Source: Escherichia virus TH47. From it: a stretch of 64,000 nt of DNA. The notes below the pieces were generated by a model that was not told the DNA's origin, made no database searches, and worked only from the letters and a program-made list of their open reading frames with translations. The stretch lies in the sequence record MT446416.1. The stretch is one strand, 5' to 3'. The stretch's first letter is position 1; each line of letters opens with the position of its first letter. The translations under genes and the position numbers were made by a program. Positions 9,879 to 27,213 of the stretch are shown here, in pieces.

Positions 9879-10672
9879 TTATTTTACCAGAAGTAATTGT
9901 AATTCAGCACTAGGACTAAATTCATCATCACTCCAGTACTTGTGAACCTTCTCTGGACTAGCCTTAGCCAGTACTTCACCACCACCAACAATGTAGACTT
10001 GGTGTGAACCAATCAAACGGGTCCAGAATTTAATTGCATCATCAGTGTGAAGACTGTCGCTTAGTACTTTAATACCATGAGCAACCATATCCATAAAGAT
10101 ATTATAGATGATACCTTTAGTGCCAGTTTTGGAGGCCGTAGCAGCAATCTCAAACACTTGTGGTACACCTACTACCGCATCATTAGACAAATGTCCACTA
10201 ACGATAGCAAGCTGTTTACCAGCCTTATCATAGGCAATAAACCCAGTACCATTCTTATTCATAAACACATCATAATCTTTGTGTTCTGCGAACTTGACCA
10301 TGTTGTGCTTACCTGTCATCTCGGCAGTTTTGTCAACGAACTCGTCACGGTCTTGGCCTTGGAAACTATCGAAACGTTGTGGCATTTCTTCCAATTTCTC
10401 TTTATGTTCTTCTTCACATGAATCCATTATATCACTAGTTCTGTCTTCTGTATCAGCTAATTCTGCATCTTGTACAATATCAACCAAACCACGCATACTA
10501 GATTCTTTTACCTTATTAGGGAGTTTTGAACCTTTCTTAAGATTTCCCTCTTTTTCGTCAGCGGCATTCCACTCTTTAGCTGCACTTTGTGAAATCCCTG
10601 CTTTTTTGGCGAATTCAGGATTATGGGCAGCCGCAGCGAAGAATTTCGCTTGGCTTTTACTTTTACTTGGCA

Positions 10673-10673
<1 letters not shown>
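9879..10673 (-). CDS. hypothetical protein
   Basis: 264-aa ORF; N-terminal KSQAKFFAAAAH segment; acidic middle region. Confidence 0.4.
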
Positions 10674-12838
<2,165 letters not shown>

Positions 12839-12855
12839 TTTTAGGTTATATACTG

Positions 12856-13918
<1,063 letters not shown>

Positions 13919-13987
13919 GTAATAAAAGCTCCGATATGGTTTTAATGTTCAATTCGATAGTAATTATAGCTAAGAACTAATGTTCTG

Positions 13988-14182
13988 TCAAGCACTATCA
14001 TTATGTTTTTTAATTGCTTCACAGATTGCTTGAACTTGCACTAGATAAGTTTTAGCAAACTCTGCTTGAGTACGCACACGTGGATTTGGTGCGTCTTTGA
14101 TCATAAGTTCTAAGTCATAAACTACTTTATCGAAAACACCCTTGTCTTCAATAATACGATCATAAAAGGTTTTGTCAGTCAT
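13988..14182 (-). CDS. hypothetical protein
   Basis: 64-aa ORF in operon context. Confidence 0.3.
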   Translation of the reverse strand: MTDKTFYDRIIEDKGVFDKVVYDLELMIKDAPNPRVRTQAEFAKTYLVQVQAICEAIKKHNDSA

Positions 14183-14205
14183 GTCAAGAACTCCATGTGG
14201 TTAAA

Positions 14206-14796
14206 TTATAATTTTACGTAAGAAACTACAGCAGCATCAGTTACAGAAGGTACGTTTAAGTACACATTCTCGTACTCAATGAAATCAACAGTGGTAGTAG
14301 ATAGTGCATCTTTAACACGTTGGATTGTTTTCTGTACAGAAATTTCTTCATTCTCAATTGCGTTAGTACCATTACCTTTAAGTGATTCGTTTAACAATTC
14401 TTGAATAACTTCTGCTGCTTTAGCAGTTTTAAGATCAACAGTGGTTAGTGCAGCTTGTTCTTCAACACTTAGAGTGCTTAGGAATGGCTCGTAGCTGATA
14501 TAACCCACATTGATGGTTGCACCAGTTGGAATAGTTGCTGCTGTGCCTGGGGTAGCAAATTCAACAGTACAATACACTGGGACAGAATAAGTTGATAGTA
14601 GACGTGTAACTTGTAGGTAACGTAGTAGTGCTACAGACTTGTCAATTGTTTGTTGGTCGGTTGGTGCAGTTGTTGGGGAAGATGAATCATAATCTTCATA
14701 CATATAATAAGGAATATTATCTAGATTTGTCCCTGCAACTTCAATTTTGAATACTTGTAGTAAATTGTTCATTGTATATTCTTCTCCATAATACAA
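14206..14796 (-). CDS. hypothetical protein
   Basis: 196-aa ORF; T/A-rich segments; unassigned. Confidence 0.4.
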   Translation of the reverse strand: MYYGEEYTMNNLLQVFKIEVAGTNLDNIPYYMYEDYDSSSPTTAPTDQQTIDKSVALLRYLQVTRLLSTYSVPVYCTVEFATPGTAATIPTGATINVGYISYEPFLSTLSVEEQAALTTVDLKTAKAAEVIQELLNESLKGNGTNAIENEEISVQKTIQRVKDALSTTTVDFIEYENVYLNVPSVTDAAVVSYVKL

Positions 14797-14855
14797 AACA
14801 CTTTTGATTATTTATTGTTAAGAATCAAAATTATTTGTGTATATCATATAGTCTA

Positions 14856-16199
14856 TTAGAATCGTGCATTCTGACGCAACATAACATTGTAACGCGGTCG
14901 TGTCATAGCAGTGTATAGGATTCTGCATTTTGTATCGTTAGTTCCGATACGCTCAATAAAATCAGTATCAAACCAGATGTTATCGAATGTACTTCCTTGT
15001 GATTTGTGAACAGTTGTTGCATAAGGATAGTTGATAATATGTAATTTGTTTTTAATCACATAGTAATCTTGCCACATATATGGTTTCTTTGTCAATGGAT
15101 TGATTTCTTTTTTCTCAATATTTTTAACTAGTTCATCGAGTTTAGCTTCCATTGCAATTCTCGTTTCTGGTCCTACACCTAAGATGTAGCTACCATTTGG
15201 TAAACGGAATTGCCAACAATCAATACCCATGAAACTTTCGGTTTTCACATCAGGACATTGGATGATTTGCTGAACCACATATGGACTGTTCTCAGTGATG
15301 CTTTCAAAGACAATCGGTTCACCTTTTGTGAATTCCTCTGGTACTTCAAACAATTGGCTACGAATGTAGATGTTAGCCAAGTTCACACGGTAGTTGGTGT
15401 ATGCCAAGATTTTATTTTCATTAACAAAATCAAATATCTTCTTAGCTGAACCTTTGTTCTCCATAATGAATTCACGGTAAACTTCCAAGAAAAGATCTTC
15501 ATCTTCAATTGGTGTAATAGTACTCAGACCATGTGTCTGGTGCATAATATCAAACGGGTTCTTGGAAGTACCTATACACTCGCGGATTGCAGTTGCAATT
15601 GCAAGTATAGGGTTATCCAACGCTTGACGTAAAACTTCTGTTAATTCATATTGTACTGGAACATCAAAAGCAGGGGAAAGCTTAGTTTCTCCTATTGTGC
15701 CTTCTGATTCAACTGGAGGCAACTGACAGCGATCACCGATGAATAAAACCGCTCGGCGAACACGCCACAATTGATCCTGAATGTGTTGAAACAGTTCTTC
15801 TGAAATCATACTACATTCATCGACAATTAGAATATCAACATTAGTATTACTAACTTTACTTTGTGGGTCATGCTTCAGTACTTGACGATTCTTTTCATAT
15901 ACTAGTTTTAAACCTAGAAATGAGTGAATAGTACTAACCTGTGCATCTTCTTTAGTTAACCCAGCATTGTTGATTAGCATATTGCGAATAACAGAGTTTG
16001 CCTTGTGTGTTGGCGATGTTACTGCAATATTGTAATTTTTACACAGTGCTTTAACAATCTCAGCAGTAGTGAAAGTTTTACCTGTACCCGCTGGTGCTGA
16101 CAGTACAGATATAGTTTTACCTGCATAATTATAAACACGATCTACAAAATTATCAAAAATTTCTTGTTGCTTATCCGTAAGCTTGATTTTACTCATCAT
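14856..16199 (-). CDS. dda: SF1 DNA helicase (T4 Dda-like)
   Basis: Walker A LSAPAGTGKTFT, DEC Walker B (ILIVDECSM), size 447 aa close to T4 Dda. Confidence 0.75.
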   Translation of the reverse strand: MMSKIKLTDKQQEIFDNFVDRVYNYAGKTISVLSAPAGTGKTFTTAEIVKALCKNYNIAVTSPTHKANSVIRNMLINNAGLTKEDAQVSTIHSFLGLKLVYEKNRQVLKHDPQSKVSNTNVDILIVDECSMISEELFQHIQDQLWRVRRAVLFIGDRCQLPPVESEGTIGETKLSPAFDVPVQYELTEVLRQALDNPILAIATAIRECIGTSKNPFDIMHQTHGLSTITPIEDEDLFLEVYREFIMENKGSAKKIFDFVNENKILAYTNYRVNLANIYIRSQLFEVPEEFTKGEPIVFESITENSPYVVQQIIQCPDVKTESFMGIDCWQFRLPNGSYILGVGPETRIAMEAKLDELVKNIEKKEINPLTKKPYMWQDYYVIKNKLHIINYPYATTVHKSQGSTFDNIWFDTDFIERIGTNDTKCRILYTAMTRPRYNVMLRQNARF

Positions 16200-16221
16200 T
16201 CCCTCGACTGATTATTACACT

Positions 16222-17530
<1,309 letters not shown>

Positions 17531-17607
17531 TTATTACTTTAACTCCATATAAACTATCAAAAAAACGTAAATTTGGGTAAATACTTTATAAAAATAACAA
17601 TAAGATT

Positions 17608-19061
<1,454 letters not shown>

Positions 19062-19063
19062 AA

Positions 19064-20468
<1,405 letters not shown>

Positions 20469-20470
20469 TC

Positions 20471-20481
20471 ATTATAGCACA
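20471..20481 (-). promoter_or_regulatory. extended -10 element TGTGCTATAAT (minus strand)
   Basis: Identical 11-mer at 32592..32602 and 48689..48699, each 28 to 60 nt upstream of a minus-strand start codon. Confidence 0.35.
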
Positions 20482-20503
20482 GTTCTGGTGTTTGTCCTAA
20501 ATT

Positions 20504-20698
20504 TTATTCGGCTGGTACAAACATGACAATGTGTGCCTGAACGACTCTAGTACCATCTACCAGTACAAGGCCATTGGGACAAACATCAGATACTGCACCA
20601 GTTACCTTAAATCCACCAGTTAGGTAGAAGTCATAGATAACATTACGCTCAATTGTAAAAATATCACTCATATAAATTCCATAAGAAAAGGGATTCAT
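20504..20698 (-). CDS. hypothetical protein
   Basis: 64-aa ORF between nrdB and the small basic gene. Confidence 0.3.
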   Translation of the reverse strand: MNPFSYGIYMSDIFTIERNVIYDFYLTGGFKVTGAVSDVCPNGLVLVDGTRVVQAHIVMFVPAE

Positions 20699-20719
20699 AG
20701 AATCCCTGTTAGTTTTATT

Positions 20720-21844
20720 TTATAGTTTAAATGGAGAGAATGTATCTCCTTGGATATCATTCACAATACCACCAATGATATAAGAACTGATTTCAGTTTC
20801 TTGTGGTGCTACCTGTACAGAACTACCACTTACCCAGTGTTCAGTCCACGGTAGTGGGTTACTCTTGGATACAGTATATGGACATTTGATACCAAGTGCC
20901 GTCATACGCTTAGAACCAATCCAGCGGACATACTGTTTAAGAATTTCAGAGTTCAATCCAATAATAGAACCATCTTTAAAGAGGAAATCTGCCCATGCTT
21001 CTTCTTGGCGAATAGCAGACATAAACATTTCCAGTACTTCATCATAGCACTCTTCGGCAATTTTTACCATATCTGGATCTTCTTTCTTTAGAAGACGTAA
21101 AATCATTTGTGTTGCTGCTAGATGAAGGTTTTCATCACGACAAATTAGACGGATAATCTTTGCATTACCTTCCATGAGGTTGTTCTCTGCAAATGCCCAT
21201 GAACAAGCAAAACTAGCATAGAAACGAACACCTTCAAGAATGTTAATACTATTCAAACATAACCATAGTTTTTTCTTTAGGTCATACATATTAATTTCAA
21301 TAGTTTTACCATTAACAGTATGAGTGCCTTCACCCAATGCACGATACAATGTTCCGAGTTCATCAAGGTCATCATAGTATTTTGAAACATCAGCAGCACA
21401 ATCAGTGATTTCTGGAATGTCCAACATAGTATCAAAAACTTCAGATGGATTAGGATAAATGTTACGAATAATATGTGTATATGATTTACTATGAATAGCA
21501 CCTTCAAAGAACGCCCATGTTTCAATAAAGTTTTCAAGTTCAGGTAGAGATGCATATGGTAGTAGCATTAGGTTAGGACCACGACCTTGAACTGAATCAA
21601 GAAGGATTTGACGTTTTAAGTTTGATGTAAAGATATGCTTCTCAGAATCATTGAGGTTAGCAAAATCAATTTTATCTTTAGATACGTCAACTTCACCTGG
21701 TGTCCAGAAGAAACTTTTCTGTTGTTCTGTTAGTTTCTCAAGTGTAGAGTATTTGTTACTTTCAAAGCGTTGGATATCAACACTTTCATCAAAAAACATA
21801 TTCTTTTCTAGGTGAGACTTCTCATTAATTTTGAAAACTGACAT
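20720..21844 (-). CDS. nrdB: ribonucleotide reductase small subunit
   Basis: Diiron-site pattern FYASFACSWAFAENNLMEGNAKIIRLICRDENLHL; lies directly downstream of nrdA. Confidence 0.85.
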   Translation of the reverse strand: MSVFKINEKSHLEKNMFFDESVDIQRFESNKYSTLEKLTEQQKSFFWTPGEVDVSKDKIDFANLNDSEKHIFTSNLKRQILLDSVQGRGPNLMLLPYASLPELENFIETWAFFEGAIHSKSYTHIIRNIYPNPSEVFDTMLDIPEITDCAADVSKYYDDLDELGTLYRALGEGTHTVNGKTIEINMYDLKKKLWLCLNSINILEGVRFYASFACSWAFAENNLMEGNAKIIRLICRDENLHLAATQMILRLLKKEDPDMVKIAEECYDEVLEMFMSAIRQEEAWADFLFKDGSIIGLNSEILKQYVRWIGSKRMTALGIKCPYTVSKSNPLPWTEHWVSGSSVQVAPQETEISSYIIGGIVNDIQGDTFSPFKL

Positions 21845-21872
21845 ATATATTCCTTTATATTTGGAAAGATTA

Positions 21873-21890
21873 ATCCCGCCGAAGCGGGAT
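21873..21890 (-). other. intercistronic hairpin between nrdA and nrdB (UUCG loop on transcript)
   Basis: Perfect 7-bp stem atcccgc/gcgggat with cgaa loop; GC-rich in an AT-rich genome. Confidence 0.45.
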
Positions 21891-21896
21891 CTTTAA

Positions 21897-24215
21897 TTAG
21901 ATCTTACAACTATCACAATCACCTTCATCTAAGTCAGGTAGTGTAGGCAACACAAACTGTCCTGATTCTGGTTTTGCAGCTTCTTTTAGTACTTTCTCAA
22001 CATCCACTTCATCAGAACCATCATTAGTATTATGATAATACAGATTTTTCAAACCAACTTTGTATGCATACATTAGTTCAGTTAGTAGTGTTGACATTGG
22101 CAACTTACCATCAGGGAAGTGTGCTGGATTGTAACTGGTATTCACACTAATACTTTGGTCAATGTATTTCTGAAGAACACCACAGATTTGTAGATAACCG
22201 ATGTTATCTTTCTGATCCCATAGTAAATCATATTTGTTTTTCAACTTATTGATTTCAGGAACGACTTGTTTAAGAATACCATCTTTAGATAGTTTCTTAG
22301 TTACAAGTGAACGAGGTTTCTCAATACCATTAGTACTGTTACTGATTTGTGCACTAGTTTCTGCTGGCATCAGTGCCATAGTTGTTGCGTTACGAATACC
22401 ATATTGTTTGATATCCTGACGCAATGTTTCCCAATCTTGTTTTAGTTCAGGAGATACCAACGCATCAATATCTTCTTTATAGGTATCAATTGGTAGAATA
22501 CCTTTAGCATATTTTAGTGTATCAAAACCTTCACACTTACCTTTCTCTTTAGCAAGCTGTACAGAAGATTTAATTAGATAATAAGACCATGCTTCAGCCC
22601 ACTCGTTAACTGTTTCCAATGCAGCTTCATTGTAACGTAAACCACGTTTAGCAAGGAAGTATGCAAAGTTAATGATACCAACACCTAATGGGCGATACAT
22701 TTTCGTTGCACGGTCAGCATGAACTACTGGGTAGTCTTGATAATCCAATAAAGAATCAAGAGCACGTACAGAAAGATCACATGCAGTTTCCATATCTTCT
22801 GGACGATCAAAGTTGCCCCAGTTGATTGCACTCAAAGTACATAGACTAATCAAACCTTCACCAGTATTAATATCATCAAATGGCACAGATGGTAGTGCGA
22901 TTTCTTGACACAAGTTGGATTGTTCAATTGGTGCAATTGATTCAATAAAGGTTGAGTGTGTGTTTGCATGGTCAATGTTTTGAATATAGATACGACCAGT
23001 TTCTGCACGCTCAGTCATTAGAGTACTGAATACTTCAACAGCAGATACCGATTTTTTACGAATGCTTGGATCAGCTTCATACTTCTTGTACAGCTTTTCA
23101 AATTCTTTTTGGTTAGAACAGAATGCTTCATATAGCCCAGGAACTTCATTAGGACTAAAGAATGTAATATTCTTGCCATCAACTAAACGTTGATATAGTG
23201 TTTTGTTCACTTGGAAACAATAGTCAAGTTGTCGAACACGGTTGAACTCAGTACCTTTGTTATTTTTTAGTACTACAAGATTGTCAAATTCCAAATGCCA
23301 CAATGGGAAGTGGACGGTTGCTGCACCACCACGTACACCACCTTGAGAGCAGCTTTTAACGGTCTTAGCAGTTGATGCAATGAAAGGAATCAAACCAGTG
23401 TGTACTGCATCACCCGAACGAATCTCGGAGTCCAGAGCACGAATGCGGCCCATATTGATACCAAGTCCAGCTTTACGGGAAATATAACGTAGGATAGCGT
23501 GGTTAGAAGAACCAATACTATCTAGACTATCTCCAACGTTTAGTACTACACAAGAACTAAACTGACGTGTATTAGTACGTAGACCAGCCATGATAGGAGT
23601 CGGGAGACTGATATCAAAGTTACTAACAGCATCATAAAACTTCTTAACATAAGACATACGTACAGAGCGATCATACTCCATAAAGATGATTGCTGCAATG
23701 GTCATATATGCCATTTGTGGAGTTTCGTAGATTTTCTTAGTTACGCGATTCTTATATAGATACTTTCCTTCCCACTGACGCATAGCAACATAAGTGAATT
23801 TATCATCACGTTTATGTTTAATGTAACGTCCAAGCTCTTCAATTTCTTGAAGTGTGTATTTCTCAAGAATTTCTGGATCATAGATTTTTGTATCTACCAT
23901 TTCTTGTAGATGTGCAGTGTACTTGATAGGGTCATAGTCACCATACACTTGCTTACGGATACTATAATTTAGTAAGCGACCAGCAACGTATTGGTAGTTT
24001 GGTGTATCTTCAGAAATAAGTTCTGCTGCTGATTTAATCAGAATATCATGAATAGTATTTGTTTCAATACCTTCAAAGAATTGAAGTTGTGCACGAATTT
24101 CAATTTCGGAAACAGATACACCACTCAGCCCTTCGGCAGCAAAAAATAAAATTTGATGGATCTTATCCAAAGATAACGGTTCTTTTTTTCCATTACGCTT
24201 GGTTACGTTAATCAT
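21897..24215 (-). CDS. nrdA: ribonucleotide reductase large subunit (class I)
   Basis: 772 aa; active-site region SNLCQEIALP; C-terminal cysteine pair CDSCKI. Confidence 0.9.
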   Translation of the reverse strand: MINVTKRNGKKEPLSLDKIHQILFFAAEGLSGVSVSEIEIRAQLQFFEGIETNTIHDILIKSAAELISEDTPNYQYVAGRLLNYSIRKQVYGDYDPIKYTAHLQEMVDTKIYDPEILEKYTLQEIEELGRYIKHKRDDKFTYVAMRQWEGKYLYKNRVTKKIYETPQMAYMTIAAIIFMEYDRSVRMSYVKKFYDAVSNFDISLPTPIMAGLRTNTRQFSSCVVLNVGDSLDSIGSSNHAILRYISRKAGLGINMGRIRALDSEIRSGDAVHTGLIPFIASTAKTVKSCSQGGVRGGAATVHFPLWHLEFDNLVVLKNNKGTEFNRVRQLDYCFQVNKTLYQRLVDGKNITFFSPNEVPGLYEAFCSNQKEFEKLYKKYEADPSIRKKSVSAVEVFSTLMTERAETGRIYIQNIDHANTHSTFIESIAPIEQSNLCQEIALPSVPFDDINTGEGLISLCTLSAINWGNFDRPEDMETACDLSVRALDSLLDYQDYPVVHADRATKMYRPLGVGIINFAYFLAKRGLRYNEAALETVNEWAEAWSYYLIKSSVQLAKEKGKCEGFDTLKYAKGILPIDTYKEDIDALVSPELKQDWETLRQDIKQYGIRNATTMALMPAETSAQISNSTNGIEKPRSLVTKKLSKDGILKQVVPEINKLKNKYDLLWDQKDNIGYLQICGVLQKYIDQSISVNTSYNPAHFPDGKLPMSTLLTELMYAYKVGLKNLYYHNTNDGSDEVDVEKVLKEAAKPESGQFVLPTLPDLDEGDCDSCKI

Positions 24216-24261
24216 GTGTCATCCTTGTTATTTTGTTTATACAGTTCTTAAATTTTGTGGA

Positions 24262-24284
24262 AGAAAAAGGCGGGACGCCTTTTA
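24262..24284 (-). terminator. hairpin terminator upstream of nrdA
   Basis: Stem aaaggcg/cgccttt with 3-nt loop; U-run follows on the minus strand. Confidence 0.45.
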
Positions 24285-24863
24285 AGGTTTGTCCCACCCA
24301 CGATATACAAATTCTATGTGGTATCCTGAATTTAAATAATCCGCATTAACTATGTCAAATTGCATATTTCCAGTACTTGAATCATAAACTGGATTACTAA
24401 ACAGAATAGATAAAATTGCATCAGTACGATTTGTGTTATTCGACTGTGCAATCATTGTTGAAGAACCAGCAGCAACAATTTGCACTGTACCTGATTCTAA
24501 AATAGTCTCATTGCTATTATACGCGATGTAGTCGATGAATACACGACTTTCACTTTCAATAATAACTTCAACACTCTCTTGGTTTTGTGGAATGTCTACT
24601 TCAAATGGACGGTTGATGATTTTGGATACCGTTCTCCACGGTGAGAATTCGGTAATTATTTCCACGTTCTCTTTACCAGAGTTTGGAACAGTTTCCCATG
24701 TACGCCCAGCAACTAAGCTTGCAGGGTCTGATGAGGAAGGTAGGCCGATGAATACACGACCCACATCAGTACTGAATCCTATCTGGCCTTTTTCCAACGC
24801 GTCTGGTAAGTCACGTTGCTTACCAGTTCTTACTTGCTGTAACGCAATTTGTTGTTGTGCCAT
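24282..24863 (-). CDS. hypothetical protein
   Basis: 193-aa ORF; unassigned. Confidence 0.4.
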   Translation of the reverse strand: MAQQQIALQQVRTGKQRDLPDALEKGQIGFSTDVGRVFIGLPSSSDPASLVAGRTWETVPNSGKENVEIITEFSPWRTVSKIINRPFEVDIPQNQESVEVIIESESRVFIDYIAYNSNETILESGTVQIVAAGSSTMIAQSNNTNRTDAILSILFSNPVYDSSTGNMQFDIVNADYLNSGYHIEFVYRGWDKP

Positions 24864-24891
24864 AAAAACTATCTCCTATAGTATTATAGGA

Positions 24892-25536
24892 TTATTTAGC
24901 GTTTTCTTTAACTTCAGCAATACGCTCATTGATTAGTTGAGATACAACAGAGCTATCAACGGAAGAAAGAATTGATTCAGGAACTAGGGATTTCAAGTGT
25001 TTTACATAGTTTGCAACACTTTTTAGTTCTTTGGTTTTTAGTGCTTCTTTGATAATATCCAAATCTTCTTTTGAAGCTTCAACACGTTCAATAACAACAA
25101 CGTCTTCTTCTTCAACAACAGGTGCTAGTTCTTCAGCGATTACTTGTACTTCTTCAGATACTTTAATTTGTTCTTCAGTATCTACTACATATGATTCGAT
25201 TACTTCTGGTGCAACATTACGAGATACTTCGTCAACACTAATATCTTCAGCAATTTTCTCTTTGATTACTTCTACTGGTTTTGCACCGCGAGATTTATAA
25301 TCTTTAATATTAACTAAAAGTTTATTTGAAAGTTGTAGTTTGTCAATTTCTTCATCACTTAGTTTGATTACTTCATCTAAGGAGTAGCCTTTACTTTCTA
25401 GTGCACGAATTGTATATAGGTCTTGTTTCATTTGTTTATGCTGTTCCATTTGATTCAATTTCTCCACGTAAAATATAGTATTGTTCAACTCTACCAATCC
25501 ACATATCAACCGCATCTTTGAAGTCTTGTCCTTCAA
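24892..25536 (-). CDS. hypothetical acidic protein (start uncertain)
   Basis: Glu/Val-rich C-terminal half; the 100-nt overlap with the upstream gene suggests an internal Met start near 25449. Confidence 0.35.
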   Translation of the reverse strand: MKDKTSKMRLICGLVELNNTIFYVEKLNQMEQHKQMKQDLYTIRALESKGYSLDEVIKLSDEEIDKLQLSNKLLVNIKDYKSRGAKPVEVIKEKIAEDISVDEVSRNVAPEVIESYVVDTEEQIKVSEEVQVIAEELAPVVEEEDVVVIERVEASKEDLDIIKEALKTKELKSVANYVKHLKSLVPESILSSVDSSVVSQLINERIAEVKENAK

Positions 25537-26155
25537 TAACGAATTCTTGATATTGTAAATTGTTAGGATCTTTTCTTACACAGATGAAAATTACACCACG
25601 CTCAATATTTGTTCCAAACATTTGATTATGCGATAGTGCATATGCAGCGATTTGCATACGGTAATTTTCGATATGTTCCCATGTCTTTAATTTACGGGAA
25701 TTCTTATAGTCCATGATAGAAGGAATCCCATCATGAACCCCAACTAAGTCAGTTGTCCCAGCCCATAATCCTTCATAGAATAAGGGAACTTCCTGACCCC
25801 ACACTTCATTGATTCTAGGCCATGCTTCTTCTTGAATTTTGTCAGCCATTCTACGGGCCAGAACTCGTATCGGCATACCACCTTGGTGGTCAGGCTTTCC
25901 ATCCAGACGATATTCTAAGTTCTCGTGCATAAAAGTACCAACAGTACATGCTTCTAATGTAATCTCATTAGCTTTCTCTTCACCAACAAATTCTCTCCAT
26001 TTTTTCAACCCCTCATTGTCAGAGGTGGCACTAAGAATTGTTGTTACTGACGGCAGATTCCCTGTTGGAGTTGAATAAAGGCGACCTTCGGGGCCGCCTT
26101 CAATTCTTTTGTAATCAACGTATGTATATCTGCTAACAATTGGTGGTGTGTACAT
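25436..26155 (-). CDS. PD-(D/E)XK nuclease, RecB/Cas4-like
   Basis: Motifs TDLVGVHDG, IMDYKNS (D/ExK) and YRMQIAAYA (QxxxY) in RecB-family order. Confidence 0.5.
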   Translation of the reverse strand: MYTPPIVSRYTYVDYKRIEGGPEGRLYSTPTGNLPSVTTILSATSDNEGLKKWREFVGEEKANEITLEACTVGTFMHENLEYRLDGKPDHQGGMPIRVLARRMADKIQEEAWPRINEVWGQEVPLFYEGLWAGTTDLVGVHDGIPSIMDYKNSRKLKTWEHIENYRMQIAAYALSHNQMFGTNIERGVIFICVRKDPNNLQYQEFVIEGQDFKDAVDMWIGRVEQYYILRGEIESNGTA

Positions 26156-26201
26156 CCGTGTACTCCTAATTATAGCATCGTATTTTTGTTTGTCTCAGTT
26201 T

Positions 26202-26531
26202 TTATTGCTTATTTGCTGCAACAGCAGCTTTTGTTGCCCAATCTTCAACTTGGTCTTCAGAGTTCTGTTCAACTTCACCAGTACTTTCTGAATCATTACC
26301 AGTAAATGTTACAACATCCGAATTCGCATCTTGCACAAATGGCAAAGAGTTTAGAATATCCATCATAACATTATAAGGAACATCAATGTTGGTTCGCTTT
26401 TTGATTTCAGCGATTAAAGATTGTAGGTTCACTTCTTCGCGACCCGATGATACTAAAGACAACGCAATAGTAGTAATCATATTGCGTATGTCTTTACCAG
26501 GAGCCTCTTCTGTAAGATCTTGAAATCTCAT
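26202..26531 (-). CDS. hypothetical protein
   Basis: 109-aa ORF. Confidence 0.35.
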   Translation of the reverse strand: MRFQDLTEEAPGKDIRNMITTIALSLVSSGREEVNLQSLIAEIKKRTNIDVPYNVMMDILNSLPFVQDANSDVVTFTGNDSESTGEVEQNSEDQVEDWATKAAVAANKQ

Positions 26532-26547
26532 TTAGATTCATCCTTAA

Positions 26548-27204
26548 TTATTTTTTAACGTATCCTAGTACACGTTTAACTTTCTTCTCGTTCTCAGATA
26601 GCCAAGTTTTCATTTCTTCTTTGTTTTTGAAGAATTTAGTACCTACAGTACCGCGAATACTTTCCATCTTAATACCAATTTGAGTTGGTTTTACAGATTC
26701 TTTCATTTCACGCTCAGTTGGGACTGGCTCAGAAATAATATCTTCTTCGAAATCAGCATCAGCACCCATGTCGAAAGTTGGGGTGTCAGCCGCAATGTCG
26801 ATATCAACATCTTCACTACCAATATCAGAAACTGCTGGGCCATCTGTGATATCACCAGTTAGTTTTAGAGTTTCAGTACTGATTTTGTCTTTAACATCCA
26901 TTAGAGTAGTAACTGCATGTTGAAGTAGGTGACGAACGCTATCACTAAAGTTCTGTGCAGCATCAAGACCCTGTTCCGCTTTGATACGGTCAAGTAGTGG
27001 GCCTAGAACGTCAACGCCCATGTTGTTGATTACTTCAGACTGACGTTGTAGTTTGTCAACGATTTCACCTTTAACAGAGAGAACGATTTCAGCTTTCTCA
27101 ATATTAGATTCGTTCAATTTGATGAACTTCATTGCTTCAACACGTGAAGCAGATTCCATTAGTTTTTTGTAGTTAGACATTTGAATTTCCTTATAAAATA
27201 TCAC
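26548..27204 (-). CDS. hypothetical protein
   Basis: 218-aa ORF; acidic central region. Confidence 0.4.
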   Translation of the reverse strand: MIFYKEIQMSNYKKLMESASRVEAMKFIKLNESNIEKAEIVLSVKGEIVDKLQRQSEVINNMGVDVLGPLLDRIKAEQGLDAAQNFSDSVRHLLQHAVTTLMDVKDKISTETLKLTGDITDGPAVSDIGSEDVDIDIAADTPTFDMGADADFEEDIISEPVPTEREMKESVKPTQIGIKMESIRGTVGTKFFKNKEEMKTWLSENEKKVKRVLGYVKK

Positions 27205-27213
27205 TAAATTTAT

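Noticed and set aside
21897-24215. Intron or intein in nrdA, the polymerase gene or terminase
   Set aside because: Protein lengths and motif spacing are colinear with uninterrupted homologs; the only interruption seen anywhere is the single-nucleotide frame change in terminase.
26169-26177. TGCTATAAT as a promoter for the nuclease gene at 26155
   Set aside because: The -10-like hexamer is only about 14 nt from the ATG, leaving no room for a leader carrying the AGGAG site. Listed in the motif survey but not annotated as a promoter.
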